From the NCBI RefSeq assembly GCF_009914755.1, contig NC_060936.1: DNA of 64,000 nt; one strand, 5' to 3'. Each line of letters opens with the position of its first letter. The first letter of the stretch is position 1. The notes beneath the pieces are model-generated. The model was not told the DNA's origin, did not search any database, and worked only from the letters and a program-made list of their open reading frames with translations. Both the position numbers and the translations under genes were made by a program. Positions 43,243 to 59,622 of the stretch are shown here, piece after piece. The stretch is from the human T2T-CHM13v2.0 reference genome, Homo sapiens.

Positions 43243-44341
43243 TAGAGAAAAATATAAAGAATCCTTAGATATAAAATAATCTGCATTTTAAAGTCACTTT
43301 GATAACAATTTTTCAGTTTACCCCTTGAGAAGCCACAAAGTGGAGGAAGCAATTAATATCAGAACTTCAAACTACCAGTGGAAAAATACCTTATTATTTT
43401 ATTCTTCATCTTGTTTTTGCTTCACAAAGAGTGGTGTGTGAATAATGGGGAATGTTTGTTATATATGTTAAAATATTCATGGATGCCACCTAATGCTATT
43501 TTCTCCTTTGGATACTAGCTAGATTGTAGTCTCTTATAATTACTTGTACTGGATGCCAAAAGAACCAAGGTATGATTTCTTGTAGAGCCCAAATAAAATA
43601 AAATTATTTCCTGAAACTATCTTGCTCTATTTACTTGGCCTTGATTCTCTCTAACAATTGCTTCCAACATTAGATAATGTATTTTTAGTTTTTTCTTTCC
43701 TGCCAGCATTCAGTATCTATGCATTTGTACATTTTCATAAGTCCCTTCTTTTTTCAAATGGCATTATGTGTTTGCACATAAATTCTTCTCTTTTCCCTTG
43801 TCACGTCTGCTAATCTTTTTGCTGTTGTTGCTGCATTTGGCACTGCAAGTTCAATTTAACTTATGAAAATCAGGCTGTCTATTCTGCTTCATTCATCATC
43901 ATCAACTAAAATCATTCTGGAATCAAAACTTGTTTTCTATTATCTTGTTATTTTTGGTGATGATATATGGAAGGGAAAGTAGACAGTATCAGGGTATAGA
44001 ATTTAACTGTAGTTTATAACAAACATCTGCCTCTGTATAGCAACCTTGTGGGATTTGTGCAGACTCTAATCTACAAAAATCAAAATTCAGACAGAAGCTT
44101 TTTATGCCAAATATTCTTTACATGCAGAACTCAGTATGTGGATCATCAAAAGAAAATTCAAGTGTCAAATATACATAGATTACCTGTATTATATAATTAC
44201 AAGAAAAAACATAAATACCCAGCATCTCCTATGTATAATACATAATTTAAGTTGAATATAGAAACTTTTGTCTTTATAACTTGAAGCAAAACATACAATT
44301 TAATAGATCAAAACACATTTTGGAGAATTGTTTTTAGGAAA

Positions 44342-44457
44342 AATTGAACAAAGAGTGGCTCCATTTTGTCAGTAACTTGGGAGAGGTGTAAACTCAGCTA
44401 ATTGAACAAAGAGTGGCTCCATTTTGTCAGTAACTTGGGAGAGGTGTAAACTCAGCT
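44342..44457. repeat. perfect 58-bp tandem duplication
   Basis: aattgaacaaagagtggctccattttgtcagtaacttgggagaggtgtaaactcagct x2. Confidence 0.97.
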
Positions 44458-44556
44458 ACCTCTTCTAGTGCGAAAAAGTGGGAAAACATTCTTAACATAT
44501 TAAGGTTCAATAATGAATGCATAGTATCATAGTTTTCTCTGAGCTCATGAAAGGAA

Positions 44557-44609
44557 AGGGATGTGTCTTACACATCCCTGTGTAAGACAGGGATGCTTGT
44601 CTTACACAG
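44557..44609. repeat. nested inverted repeats (overlapping hairpins)
   Basis: agggatgtgt/acacatccct; tgtcttacaca/tgtgtaagaca; ctgtgtaagaca/tgtcttacacag. Confidence 0.9.
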
Positions 44610-45164
44610 ACTTAGAAGGTTGTAAAGGAAATCACTCAGAATCTTTATCCCTTTACTATGCAATTCTAAATGTAATAATTAAATTATAGATTAAAATGTA
44701 ATCTTTTTTCTATTATACATTATGTCACTCATATAAATGCTAGACTTTAAAGCAAACACATAATGTCTAAGTATTATAATTCATTCATCATTTGAGCAGA
44801 CTTAGGAAAAGTTATTTAATTTGGCCATTCATTTATTTAGATTCTTTGGTCTTTAAAGTTCTGTAAAATCATCTGATAAAGCTAAAAATAATACCTAAAT
44901 TTTAAAGCGATATATTAAATTATCTCTATTGTGAGCAAAACATTTATGATGGATTACAAGAAATAAAGTAATAGCTCAAAAATGTTTCTTATAATTTTAA
45001 TGATATTTTATTGTTATTTTGACCAACATGTTTTTCTGAACCTTAACATTTTAGTTTTACTCTATGTACTATGTGTGTAGATTGCCTCCAATTTACGATT
45101 TTCTAATTGTACTACTTGGTTGATGTCTTAGTTTAGCTAAATCCCTTTTTTTTTTTCCCAAAAC

Positions 45165-45740
45165 ACTTGATGTTGGAGGGCTCTTTAAAGGTCCTATAGT
45201 CCAACCTCTGACCATGTGCTGAAAACTCCCAACAACAACCCAGAGATGTGGCCAGTGTGGAAACGCTCACAGAGAAAAACACAACTTTCTCCTAAGCAAT
45301 GTCTTCCAGTTGGGAAGTTCTTACTCATATTAAATCAAAATTTTACCATCTATATTTCTTTTTAGAGGTTTTTCTTTTAGAGATCAACTCAGAAAATGTA
45401 CTGTTACAACTATATCAAAACTCCTCACATATTTATTAATATTTGTCATGTTGCAGAACATTCAATATATTAGATAAAATAATTATATTTCCTTTAACTG
45501 CTCTTCCAGTGACATGGATTTCAGGCCCTCATATATCATTCTCTCTCCTTTCCTAACTTACCAGATTTATTTTTCTTAATATCTCTATTAAATTGTCATT
45601 TCTAGATGTATGTACAGTTTTCTTAACATGATTAGACTTATACTAAAATTTATCATTTAAACATTTTTCAAATATCACATTTACTTTAAGACTGAAATAT
45701 TTTTGCTAACTATACTGCTGGCTCATGTTGAACACATAAT
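45165..45740 (-). mobile_element. L3/CR1-like ancient LINE fragment
   Basis: gttggagggctctttaaaggtcctatagtccaacc and gggaagttcttactcatattaaatcaaaat motifs. Confidence 0.45.
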
Positions 45741-45759
45741 TATTAAAGACACTGTTATT

Positions 45760-46330
45760 TTATTCATTTGATAAATATTTAAAAGTGCATGCTACTACTA
45801 ATACTACTACTACTTGTGGTTAAAACTGTGTTAGGTGGTTGGAAGATACAGATTTTGAAAAATAGGAATATCAATATAGTTAGTATGTATAAAATAATCT
45901 TCTGTGATCCAATTGCATACTGTTTTATATATTTATATTAATTTGTTTTACTAAGAATCATAAAAGGTTCCTGGGAGTTGCTATATATGGTACATCCTGA
46001 AGAATGAATAGGAGATAATTGGAACAGAAAACACAAACATGTGAAATAACATGATGATTCTTTGGAAAACTGAAGGCCTTATGAAGATATGTATGAAGAT
46101 ATGTACTAGGACATTAAGCTAACTAAAATAAAAGACAATATTTAGATCATAAATTCTCCAAGGTTCTAGGTTAAGGTGTTTCTTGTATTACATTTATTTT
46201 TGTTAAAAAAAATTTAACTCCACCTACTTTTGGGAAAACAAAAGTATAATGAAGAATTTCTAATATAGAGTGACAACATATGCACATCTCCTATCCTTCC
46301 AGGAAAACTATTGTAATAAAAGTAAAATAT
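45760..46330 (-). mobile_element. L2 fragment
   Basis: attcatttgataaatattt...tgtgttaggtggttggaagatacag (antisense L2 3' end pattern). Confidence 0.5.
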
Positions 46331-47083
46331 ACAAGAAGCTCATTAATCAAAATCAATGAAAAACATAACAATGACAGTGTAGGTAAGTGTCTCAGAGATT
46401 TCCATATACCTATGGAGGATGCAAAGTGGAGAGATAAATGATAGTTGAAATGCCTGGGTAAAAAAACTATACAGCCTAGAAGAGATTACTAAAAAGAAAG
46501 AAGAAGGTAACCAAGTTGCCCCTGCACCCTTAAAAGAGAAAAACTTCAAAGATGTTAGATACTTGGTATGAGAAAGGCCAGAAAAAAAAAAACTGAAAAC
46601 AGTAGAATTGAAATCAAGTCTGTATATTGAAGATACTACAATATTTTTTCACCCACTGCAAGGTTATACCTCCTCAGGTAGAAGTTCTGAAGTTTCCGTT
46701 CCAGATAAAAGAGTAAAAGAAAATACTTCACTATATTCAGAAATCCTCCAAAGAAATATCCAAGACCCTACCCACAGATATTAAAGCAGATACCTCTAGC
46801 TAACATGGCACACCCATATACAGAGTATACCCAAACAATCTTTGGTTCATACATTAAAACATAACTGAAGAATATCTGACATGTAAGAAAAGACTTCAAT
46901 TTAAGGTAGAGATGCCACAGAAAATATAATTATATAGAAGGAAGAAACTATGAAGAGCGCTAAACTGAAAAAATGTTATCTTTGGATGTGATAGGAGAAA
47001 ATATTTCATCCAGAATACAACAATCATAGAACACAAACTAGCTTTTAAAAATGTAATATGGGATTGCTGAAATGAAAAAAAAA

Positions 47084-47690
47084 GTAATTTGATAGCACAA
47101 CAGGGTGACTATAGTCAATAATAACTTAATTGTACATTTTTAAATAACTAAAGAGTGTAATTGGATTGTTTGTAACTCAAAGGATAAATGTTTGAGGGGA
47201 TGGATACCCCATCCTCTATAATGTGATTATTTCACATTGCATGCCTGTATCAAAACATAACATATACCTCATAAATATATATACCCACTGTATTATTCCA
47301 TTTTCATGCTGCTGATAAAGACATATCTGAGACTGGGAAGAAAAAGAGGTTTAATTGGACTTACAGTTCCACATAGCTGGGGAGGCCTCCAAGTCATGGA
47401 AGTAGGCAAAAGACACTTCATAGATGGCGGCGGCAAGAGAACAAGAGGAAGATACAAAAGTGGAAGCCCCTGATAAAACCATCAGATCTCGTGAGGCTTA
47501 TTTACTACCACGAGAACAGTATAGGGGAAGCAGCCCCCATGATTCAAATTATCTTCCACTGAGTCCCTCCCACAACATGTAGGAGGTATGAAAGTACAAT
47601 TTAAGGTGAGACTTGCATGGAGACACAGAGCCAAACCATACCACCTACTATGTACTCATGAAAATTGAAAATAAAATATTTTTAAAATAA
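47084..47690 (+). mobile_element. L1MA1-3-like 3' end, split by THE1
   Basis: gatagcacaacagggtgactatagtcaataataacttaattgtac...ataaatatatatacc | tactatgtactcatgaaaatt. Confidence 0.85.
47289..47643 (-). mobile_element. THE1C/D solo LTR
   Basis: tgtattattccattttcatgctgctgataaagac...gccaaaccatacca. TSD cccac / cctac. Confidence 0.9.
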
Positions 47691-50179
47691 AACAATTGGA
47701 ATTATTTTAATGAAATAGGAAGCCAATTAAATCCCTTAGAAATTAGACTAAAAAAGAGAAGGTACTGAAAGTATCAAAGACAAGACACAGGAATAGAACA
47801 TCAATCTCAAAACATTGGGAACTCCAGGAAGTGAAAACAGACAAGATTAAAGAAAGAAAATTATCAAAGAAATAATACAAACTGAGGCCCCATATCTGAA
47901 GTACACATATCTTCAGAGGAAAAGATATCAAAATGTGTTCAGGAAAATAAATTAAAAAAAAACAAAAACAAAAAAACAAACCAAAAAAACCTCAAACACA
48001 GAATATCATTGTGAAATTTCAGAACAAAGACAAGAAAAATATTTAAAATTTTTATATATGTCATCTAAAGAGCAGTAAAAATCATACTAACTTTGAGCTT
48101 CTGAATGTAGATTGTCAGTATCAAATTCCATGCTCAGGCAAACTGGCAATCAATTATATAAGACAGGATATAGACATCACTAGTCATGTAAGAACTCAGA
48201 ACATTGAACTCATACTCATTTTTTTCTTAATGAGCCATCTGAGAATGTGCTTTTGTAAAGTAAAAAGATAGGAAAAAGTATTAAATACAGATATAGATAT
48301 AGAAAAAGCCAATAAACCTAAAATATCAACAAAAATATGGTCTGAGATAAAAGCAGTGATTGATCAGGCCTGGAGAAAAGTAAATACAATGTAGACTAAA
48401 TGAACATTGGAGCTTTAGATGGTGAATTTGGGATTACGGAAATGAAATAGATAGTATAAGTGGACATTTAGGAAAGGTTTATGATGAGGAATTAGACCAT
48501 TAGGAAGAACAGAAAGACAATCCTGGTCTTAAGGAGAATCATAATTATTTTACACCTTCTCTCTAAGTGACACTATTTAAATGGTCACTGATTAGAGATT
48601 TAACTAATATCAAATATGTGTATCAAAGTTTATGAAAGATGAGGGAAAAAAGGGGGTTATGTAAGGGAATACAATTGTCTCTTATTACTAGAAGTCAAAA
48701 ATAATACCCAAAATTGACAGATCAAGATTTAGTGAGTACATATACATATATATAGTTTTCTGGACAAGAATAAGAACAGAACAAAAGTATATATATGTGT
48801 TTGTGTGTGGGTGGGTGGGTTGACGTGTGGGGGGGGTGCCATTTTAATTTCTGATAGTAACTCTTAGAAGTATCTGATAAAGGAGCTGAAATTATGATTT
48901 TTGAAGGAGTGGGACGTAATAGTCAGGAACGACTCACTAAAGCTTTCTTCTCTCATCTCAACTGGTTTTCAGCCTTACCTCCTCCATTACCTGCAACTCA
49001 ACAGCCATTCTTCTTTTGCTATTCTTATTCATGTCCAGAAAAGTAGTGGTACAAGGAGGAGAACTCAGGTTAAGAAAAAGATAGACAGGAAAATTCCAAA
49101 ACTCCCCAGTGTATCAACAGAAAGGTAGCTTCCCACCTGTAATAAATTTTAATTTGGCTAATCTGGACTTGAATTCAGCTGCATATTTGCTTCTACACTT
49201 TTGGCATTCTAGCATATCGTTGTGAATACTATGTCAATTATGACGCACCAGAGTCTGTCATTTTCCATTAAGTCAGAAGAAAGAGCATATGCCTTCCCTA
49301 TTATTCCTGAAATGAAATTATTTTACAACCAGCTCGTTTCAGAAACAAAACATGATTTTGCACATTTGTGGATTTTGTTGTTATTCTCATTTTGTTGGAT
49401 GTCTAGAAGCTTTTTTTTTTTTTTACCAATGCAGAAAGAAATTACCATATATTTAGACATATATTTTATTTTGCTTTACTTATTCCTCAGGTTGGTTTAA
49501 ATCTAAACATACATACTACTTTCACAATGGTTTCTATTGACTTCAATGGATCACACTCTGTACTGATGCCCCCTGTGAGATAGAAAAGAAAGAAGCTTGT
49601 TCATAGATTCCCTGTAGCACATCAACACCACTGATTCATGGCTTTAAGGACTTTAGTCACTAATTTCCTCCCACCAATGGGGAGACCCATTGCTCAATGT
49701 GTTTGGACTCTTATGGCTGCCCACTGTGACTTCAGTTCTTAATCTGCCTGAAAGTGTCAAAAGCCACACTGCTGTTAGGAGGGAGAGTTATTTTTTTTTA
49801 AAAGAAAAAAAAACCCTGCTGCTGGGAGTGATGATTTTCAGTCCTAAGAAGCCCATGATAATGGAGAGAGCGCTGAAATACATTTATTCTGTTCACTCTT
49901 GAATGAATAACCACCACAGTTCATCTATGTATGTCAGAGAATATTTTAACAATGAATTTTCACTTAGGGACCTCCAGCATGGGTAGTATGCTTAAAATTT
50001 TGCATGTTAGTTCCCTGTCATCAATGTCTAAATGGAAAAAAATCTTGTTATTAACAAAAGAAATAAGCTTGATATATTTGGTGTCCATGTCTTAAAGTTC
50101 TATGTTAACTATTAACTTGTATTTACACAAAGTGAATATATGAGCGGTTTTTCTCATTAAGGATGTATTTGATTTTTAT

Positions 50180-50720
50180 ACAAATAGGTCAAATGTATTA
50201 AACAGCATAACATATATAAAGATGCTTAACCTCACTGGTAATCAAGTAAACACAAATTGAAACATCAGTGAGTTATTTTTCACTTTCTAAATTAGAAATA
50301 TTGATAAAGTAATACTACTTGATGTTGAAAATAGTTCTTGCTGAAAATAAATCAGTTCTTTCATTTTAGAAAGCAATCTGTCAATAGGAATTTAAAACCA
50401 TTAATATGTTTATCCCCTTGACACATTAATCCAACATTTGAGAATCTATCTTATGATATTAACCTGAAAATAGCAATATAAGCAAGTGTCTAATTCAACA
50501 TGACTTGTAATTTGTACAAGTTGTCCCACAATATGGAGAAGATTAATTAAACTATGATACAACATTACAGTCATTCATTTATTTTAATAAGAAATAAAAT
50601 ACTTCTCTTATAAGGCTTATACCAAAAATCTTATCCTGAACATAATTGATACCAAACTTACAAGCTAAGAAAGATTGAACATGTTTGACATTTGAGAAAA
50701 AAAAAGCAGAATGCATATTT
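50180..50720 (+). mobile_element. ancient L1ME 3' fragment
   Basis: atgcttaacctcactggtaatcaag; gaaagcaatctgtcaatag; ccccttgacacattaatcc. Confidence 0.55.
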
Positions 50721-50739
50721 ACATATATGGTATTTTTAT

Positions 50740-55100
<4,361 letters not shown>

Positions 55101-56929
55101 CCTTGCCTTCGCAAAGTAGAAGGAAGCAGACACATGCTCATTGAGGGAATCATTGTATCACAGATACAACCTCAGCATGTGCCTTCTAGAAAAAAATTAA
55201 CATGAGGAAAGAACATAAATAAGGAAAAGAACTGAAAAAGAATATACCAAAAATTTCACGTGACTTTTATTAGAGGTGGGCGTGTCTCTTAAAAAAATAA
55301 AGACAAAACCAACAAAATGAATAAGAACCCTCCCTAATTGGCTATTTTCTATGTTTTCTACAATGCACATATATTTTGTACTATTCTTTTTAGTTGTACC
55401 ATATAATATCTCACAAATACTTAAAACAAATGCAAGATAATATAAAAATATCAATGCATCATAGATATGGCAACATAAAGATGGGTACTAAGATAGGAGT
55501 TGCTTAGTGGCGTGTGAGCATTTTTAGGTACTTCTATGCCAAACCACTTTTTGTCCAACAGAATAATGATGCAGCTGGGTAGGAAGGTAGGCAGAAATAC
55601 ATGACATATGACATATGACATAAATTTAACAGAAACACAAACCCCTCATCTCCACTATTTGACAAATGTAGAAAAATAATACATGTGCAATTATTTCCCA
55701 GCTAATACAGGTATAAACTTCTTTGGAGGTGGGAAATTAAAATAAAATGGGGTGACACATAATTCAGACTTACCATTCAAATTTACATAGACTAAATTAG
55801 CATCCTTAAAAATTACCTTTCTCCATAACATGATTATGATGACTCAGTTTTTGGACTTCATTAGTCAAATCCAGATTATTACAGTACCAGTAGCAGGAGA
55901 TTCCACGTAGTCTATCCTGTATAGTGAAGTGAATAACAACTTTTTTTTTCAGATTTTGGAGACTATCAGAACATGTCAATTATCTTGAAACATGCCCATC
56001 CAGCATATCAAAGGTTAACATTCTGATGAGTTGGCTTTTCTGATGGATTCTTAGCGTTTATGTCTATAAATCTACATTATAGATCACTTACCTCCTCATA
56101 TTAAAATAGTAAGACCTTTTACCTAAATGTCAGGAAAAATCAATGATAATGATGAGTTGGCACACTTTTTCTCAGTGAGTTTTAGAGCCTCAGTTAAGCT
56201 CTCTAAATAATATGAAAAGTAATTTTGTGATAATTTGTTCAGCTCTGGCATTACACACTAAATTCCTATGAAATGCAAATATACTTTTTGACACTTCCTT
56301 ATTAAGGTATATGCTGTTTACTTGGAAAGAGTAACGTTTGTGGTGATATACTCATTTATTTATTTCTTATACCCTAGGGTTGGTGGCAGGTCAAGGGTGA
56401 CCTTCCTTAACTACTGAAAATAAGAGAATCACTCCTTAATGAGATATTTTAGAGTCCATGAGATTGAGAAAAATGATTTACCTTACAAGAAGAATTGTTC
56501 CCTTATAACTTATACATTAGAACAATCTTGTCTTGCTAGATAGTGAAACATAGAAATATTTAGTAGAAAATCCACCCTTATCTCTACCCTGTTATTAGTG
56601 GCAAGTAGAGAATATAGCCACTGTGGTGTTATTCTAATGGGCAAACAGAGAAGAAATGGAACTAGAAGCTAACTTTGAGAATGTACCTAAAGCCCAGGAG
56701 CCTTAATGTTCAGATGACTTAATCCCAGGAATCTTGTATTCCTGATTCTACAGTTTTCTCCATGGATAAGGTATAAGCGGAAAAAGAACAAAACAGTATC
56801 TGAATAATCCTGCCCAGATACCCTCAGCCCCTATTTAGGATCTCTCACCTGCTTCCAGAGACTCAGGAGCCAGAAATCAATATCTTAGAATCAAATCTTT
56901 AAAAATTTAAGATAGATTAATTGTTCAAA

Positions 56930-57330
56930 ATTTCCCAATGGCATCTCTTCTTTTTAAGAGCAAGTAAGAATCCTGTAGTGACATAAAAGACCCAATAAAA
57001 TCTCTCTCAACCCTGCCAATGTCTCACCTTCTATTTTATCTCTTATTACTCTCACTTTCTCTTATGCTTTCTGCTTTCAGAGTCTGTCACTTCCTTATTA
57101 TTTCCAAAACATGCCAGTAATGTTCCAATCTCATGATTTTTGCTACCTCTTCTGCCTAGTGTATTCTTCCTGCAGACACTGTCAGATTCTGTCACCTTTT
57201 TCAGATCATTGCTTAAAGATCAACTTCTTAATCAGGCTTTCCCTAAGAAAACAATTTAAAATTGCAATACCCCACAATGTCTCCAACACTTGTTATCCAA
57301 TCCTGCTGTTTATTTATTAAGGCTTATCTG
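56930..57330 (+). mobile_element. L2 fragment
   Basis: ttccaaaacatgccag...ctcttctgcctag...ttcagatcattgcttaaagatcaacttcttaatcaggctttccct. Confidence 0.65.
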
Positions 57331-57339
57331 ACATATGAT

Positions 57340-57620
57340 AGGTCTTAGATGAGATTTTGCCAATAGCAGACATGGAGACAGAAGTTTGAGTGCAAATAAT
57401 TTATGAGAAAAGTGATCCCAGAAATCACTAGTAGAGGAAAAGAGAAGTGAAACAGAGAAAGAAAGGACATTAATACAGGATGCATTAAAGAGCAGGTTAC
57501 TGCTGTGGCCAACTGGGGCTCAAATGTCATGAAAACATCTGGGGAACCTGAGAGAAAATACCTGAGTTGTCCCATACAAGCCCTGAGAAAACTGTAGTAT
57601 TTAACTGTCAATTTATTAAT
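57340..57620 (-). mobile_element. LTR16 (C-like) ERVL LTR
   Basis: gagacagaagtttgagtgcaaataatttatgagaaaagtgatcccag...gagcaggttactgctgtggccaactggggctc. Confidence 0.7.
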
Positions 57621-57899
57621 GGTGTTTTCAATAAGAAACCATCAGATTTGGACACACAGGAAAAGCACTGGCTACTAACCTTATCTGCTACAGAGCACCC
57701 TTTGCATGACTAAGAGCTACTCATTGCCCACATTAAGTTCATTTAATTTAACTGCTACTGATTCTTTAAGATGATGGTGAGTCATATATCTAATAAATGA
57801 ATCAAATGCTAAAAATAAAGCAAAAGTGTTACAGGGAAAAGCTACAGATCCCCACTATTGCAACTGGTTGCTTGACAAGTGGGGTAAGCTAGAGCATTC

Positions 57900-58350
57900 T
57901 GGGAGGGACTGGGCTCCTATTGCCATGTCCTATCTGGCTTCAGATGCTTCAATCAACCTTTCAAGGCTATCACCAAAGCAAAAACACCAAGAGTCATCCC
58001 AGCAAAATCACTGAATTCATACAACCTCTTCCTTGCACCAGTAAGCAGCAACAATCTTTTAGACTCTAATGATAATAAAGATCAATTACCCTGCTGGTGT
58101 ACCTACTTCCCTTCTTTCCCTAATAGCCCAAGAGAACCTCAAACAGCCATCACAGCATTAGTTTGCCTTCTGTTGTTACAGAAGTTTTTCCTATCACCTC
58201 AAGAACCAAAATATTTAATCGCATCACTTCTGAAGATATAGGGGTGGGAAACACATATTCTGTAATATGTAATATGTGAAGAGTTGTGAGAGTGGTCATC
58301 CCTGCCTCCTGCATTTGGCGTCTGGACCATTTTAATCTAGCTATAAGGGA
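57900..58350 (-). pseudogene. ERVL/HERV16-like internal remnant (3' pol / dUTPase-like region)
   Basis: Decayed translation (PTPISS...LNILV; KKGSRYTSRVID; LLLTGARKR) resembles the ERVL post-integrase region, in the same orientation as the adjacent LTR16. Confidence 0.45.
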
Positions 58351-58589
58351 CACAGAATCATGTCATAGGCTTTTTAAAAATATATGTACTGCATATTGAT
58401 GAATAGCAGGATGTAATCCTTAAGACAGTGTCCTAGCTGGGCCTTGAAAAGGTCATTCCAGAGTTTTATCCGATTGCCAATTTGTGATTTTGAATACTCA
58501 ATGACACTAGTATTTTCTGAGTTATTTCATGTGTAATTGTGGTTTAGTAATATTAACGTGATGTAGCCTTGCTTTCCATAAATTAAATA

Positions 58590-58670
58590 TCTTCTATCTG
58601 GGCCTCGTTTTCCCTACTATATAAAGGAAGAAGATTGACCTAGGTGATTTATAAAAACTTTTTTAGTTCT
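58590..58670 (+). mobile_element. MIR3-like fragment
   Basis: ctgggcctcgttttccctactatataaagg...ttgacctaggtgattt. Confidence 0.5.
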
Positions 58671-59622
58671 CATTTATTTTCTTTTTTATCCAGATAAGCA
58701 GAAAGCTATTTCTGCATCATTTTGATATTTGTACTATAGAGAAAGTGCATATCCAATGAACTTGAGCTGGTGATGTCCACTACGTGGTAATAGTATGAAC
58801 CCAGATGGTAATTTCTCATATGAAATACCTTATACATTTATATCTACTTGAACTGGCTTGGTGTACATTTCTAAGACAAATCTTTAAAATTATAGGAGTA
58901 TTAGATTCCAGAAAGAAACTGTTAAAGTTAATGAAATATAATAATGATGGTGAGTAAGTTAATTCTGTAAATAATTCAACATATCAACAGCTGGTAATGG
59001 CCATATTTATTATTTTATTATTATTCTCTATATTTTCTCAAAAAGGTATTGACTTGTGAAAAAAACACTAAAGTATATGATTCATAACACTATATAAAAG
59101 TTGAATTAGATAATTTTCTGAACATTTATGAAACCTAAAACATCTTAGAGTATTTTTGTAATTTCAGTCTTGATTAAAGAGCTAGAAAACCCATTTTCTA
59201 AATAAATTTTGCTCTGCTATTCCAAGTTATCTGATTGCACATCTGAAGTAGTAAATACCACCAAGGACAGACACATCCTTATACTTATAGACAGATGAAA
59301 TATCCTTACGTATGAACATAGAAACCCAATATGAATAATTTATTGTCAGAATTAGTGGTAGATCTAACTTATCGCAATAGGTGAGTCGAGCCTTGAACTA
59401 CTAACTAGTGATAAGAATTATAAGGTTAATGATCTTGGAACTTTGCAATAATCTTTTTAGTCTAAAAATAAAATGATTGTTACCAAAAGCTTCAAGGAAC
59501 ATTCACACGATGGAATTAAGAGTTAGGTTACAGAAAGTAAACTGAGTAGTAGAAATAAAATGGCTTAGAATTAAGCATAGAGTGCCGAGATTATTATTAA
59601 GATTTTTTGACTGATGTTCTAG

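Larger units (their letters stand above)
46480..48830 (+). mobile_element. ancient L1ME ORF1-region remnant hosting younger insertions
   Basis: atatcattgtgaaatttcagaacaaagacaagaaaaat and related decayed ORF1 motifs. Confidence 0.55.

Noticed and set aside
42817-44457. CRISPR-like or programmed repeat array
   Set aside because: Each duplication has only two adjacent copies, there are no spacers, the units are unrelated and the context is eukaryotic.
48901-49902. Three short plus-strand ORFs
   Set aside because: Alternative starts, low-complexity composition and no recognisable homology.
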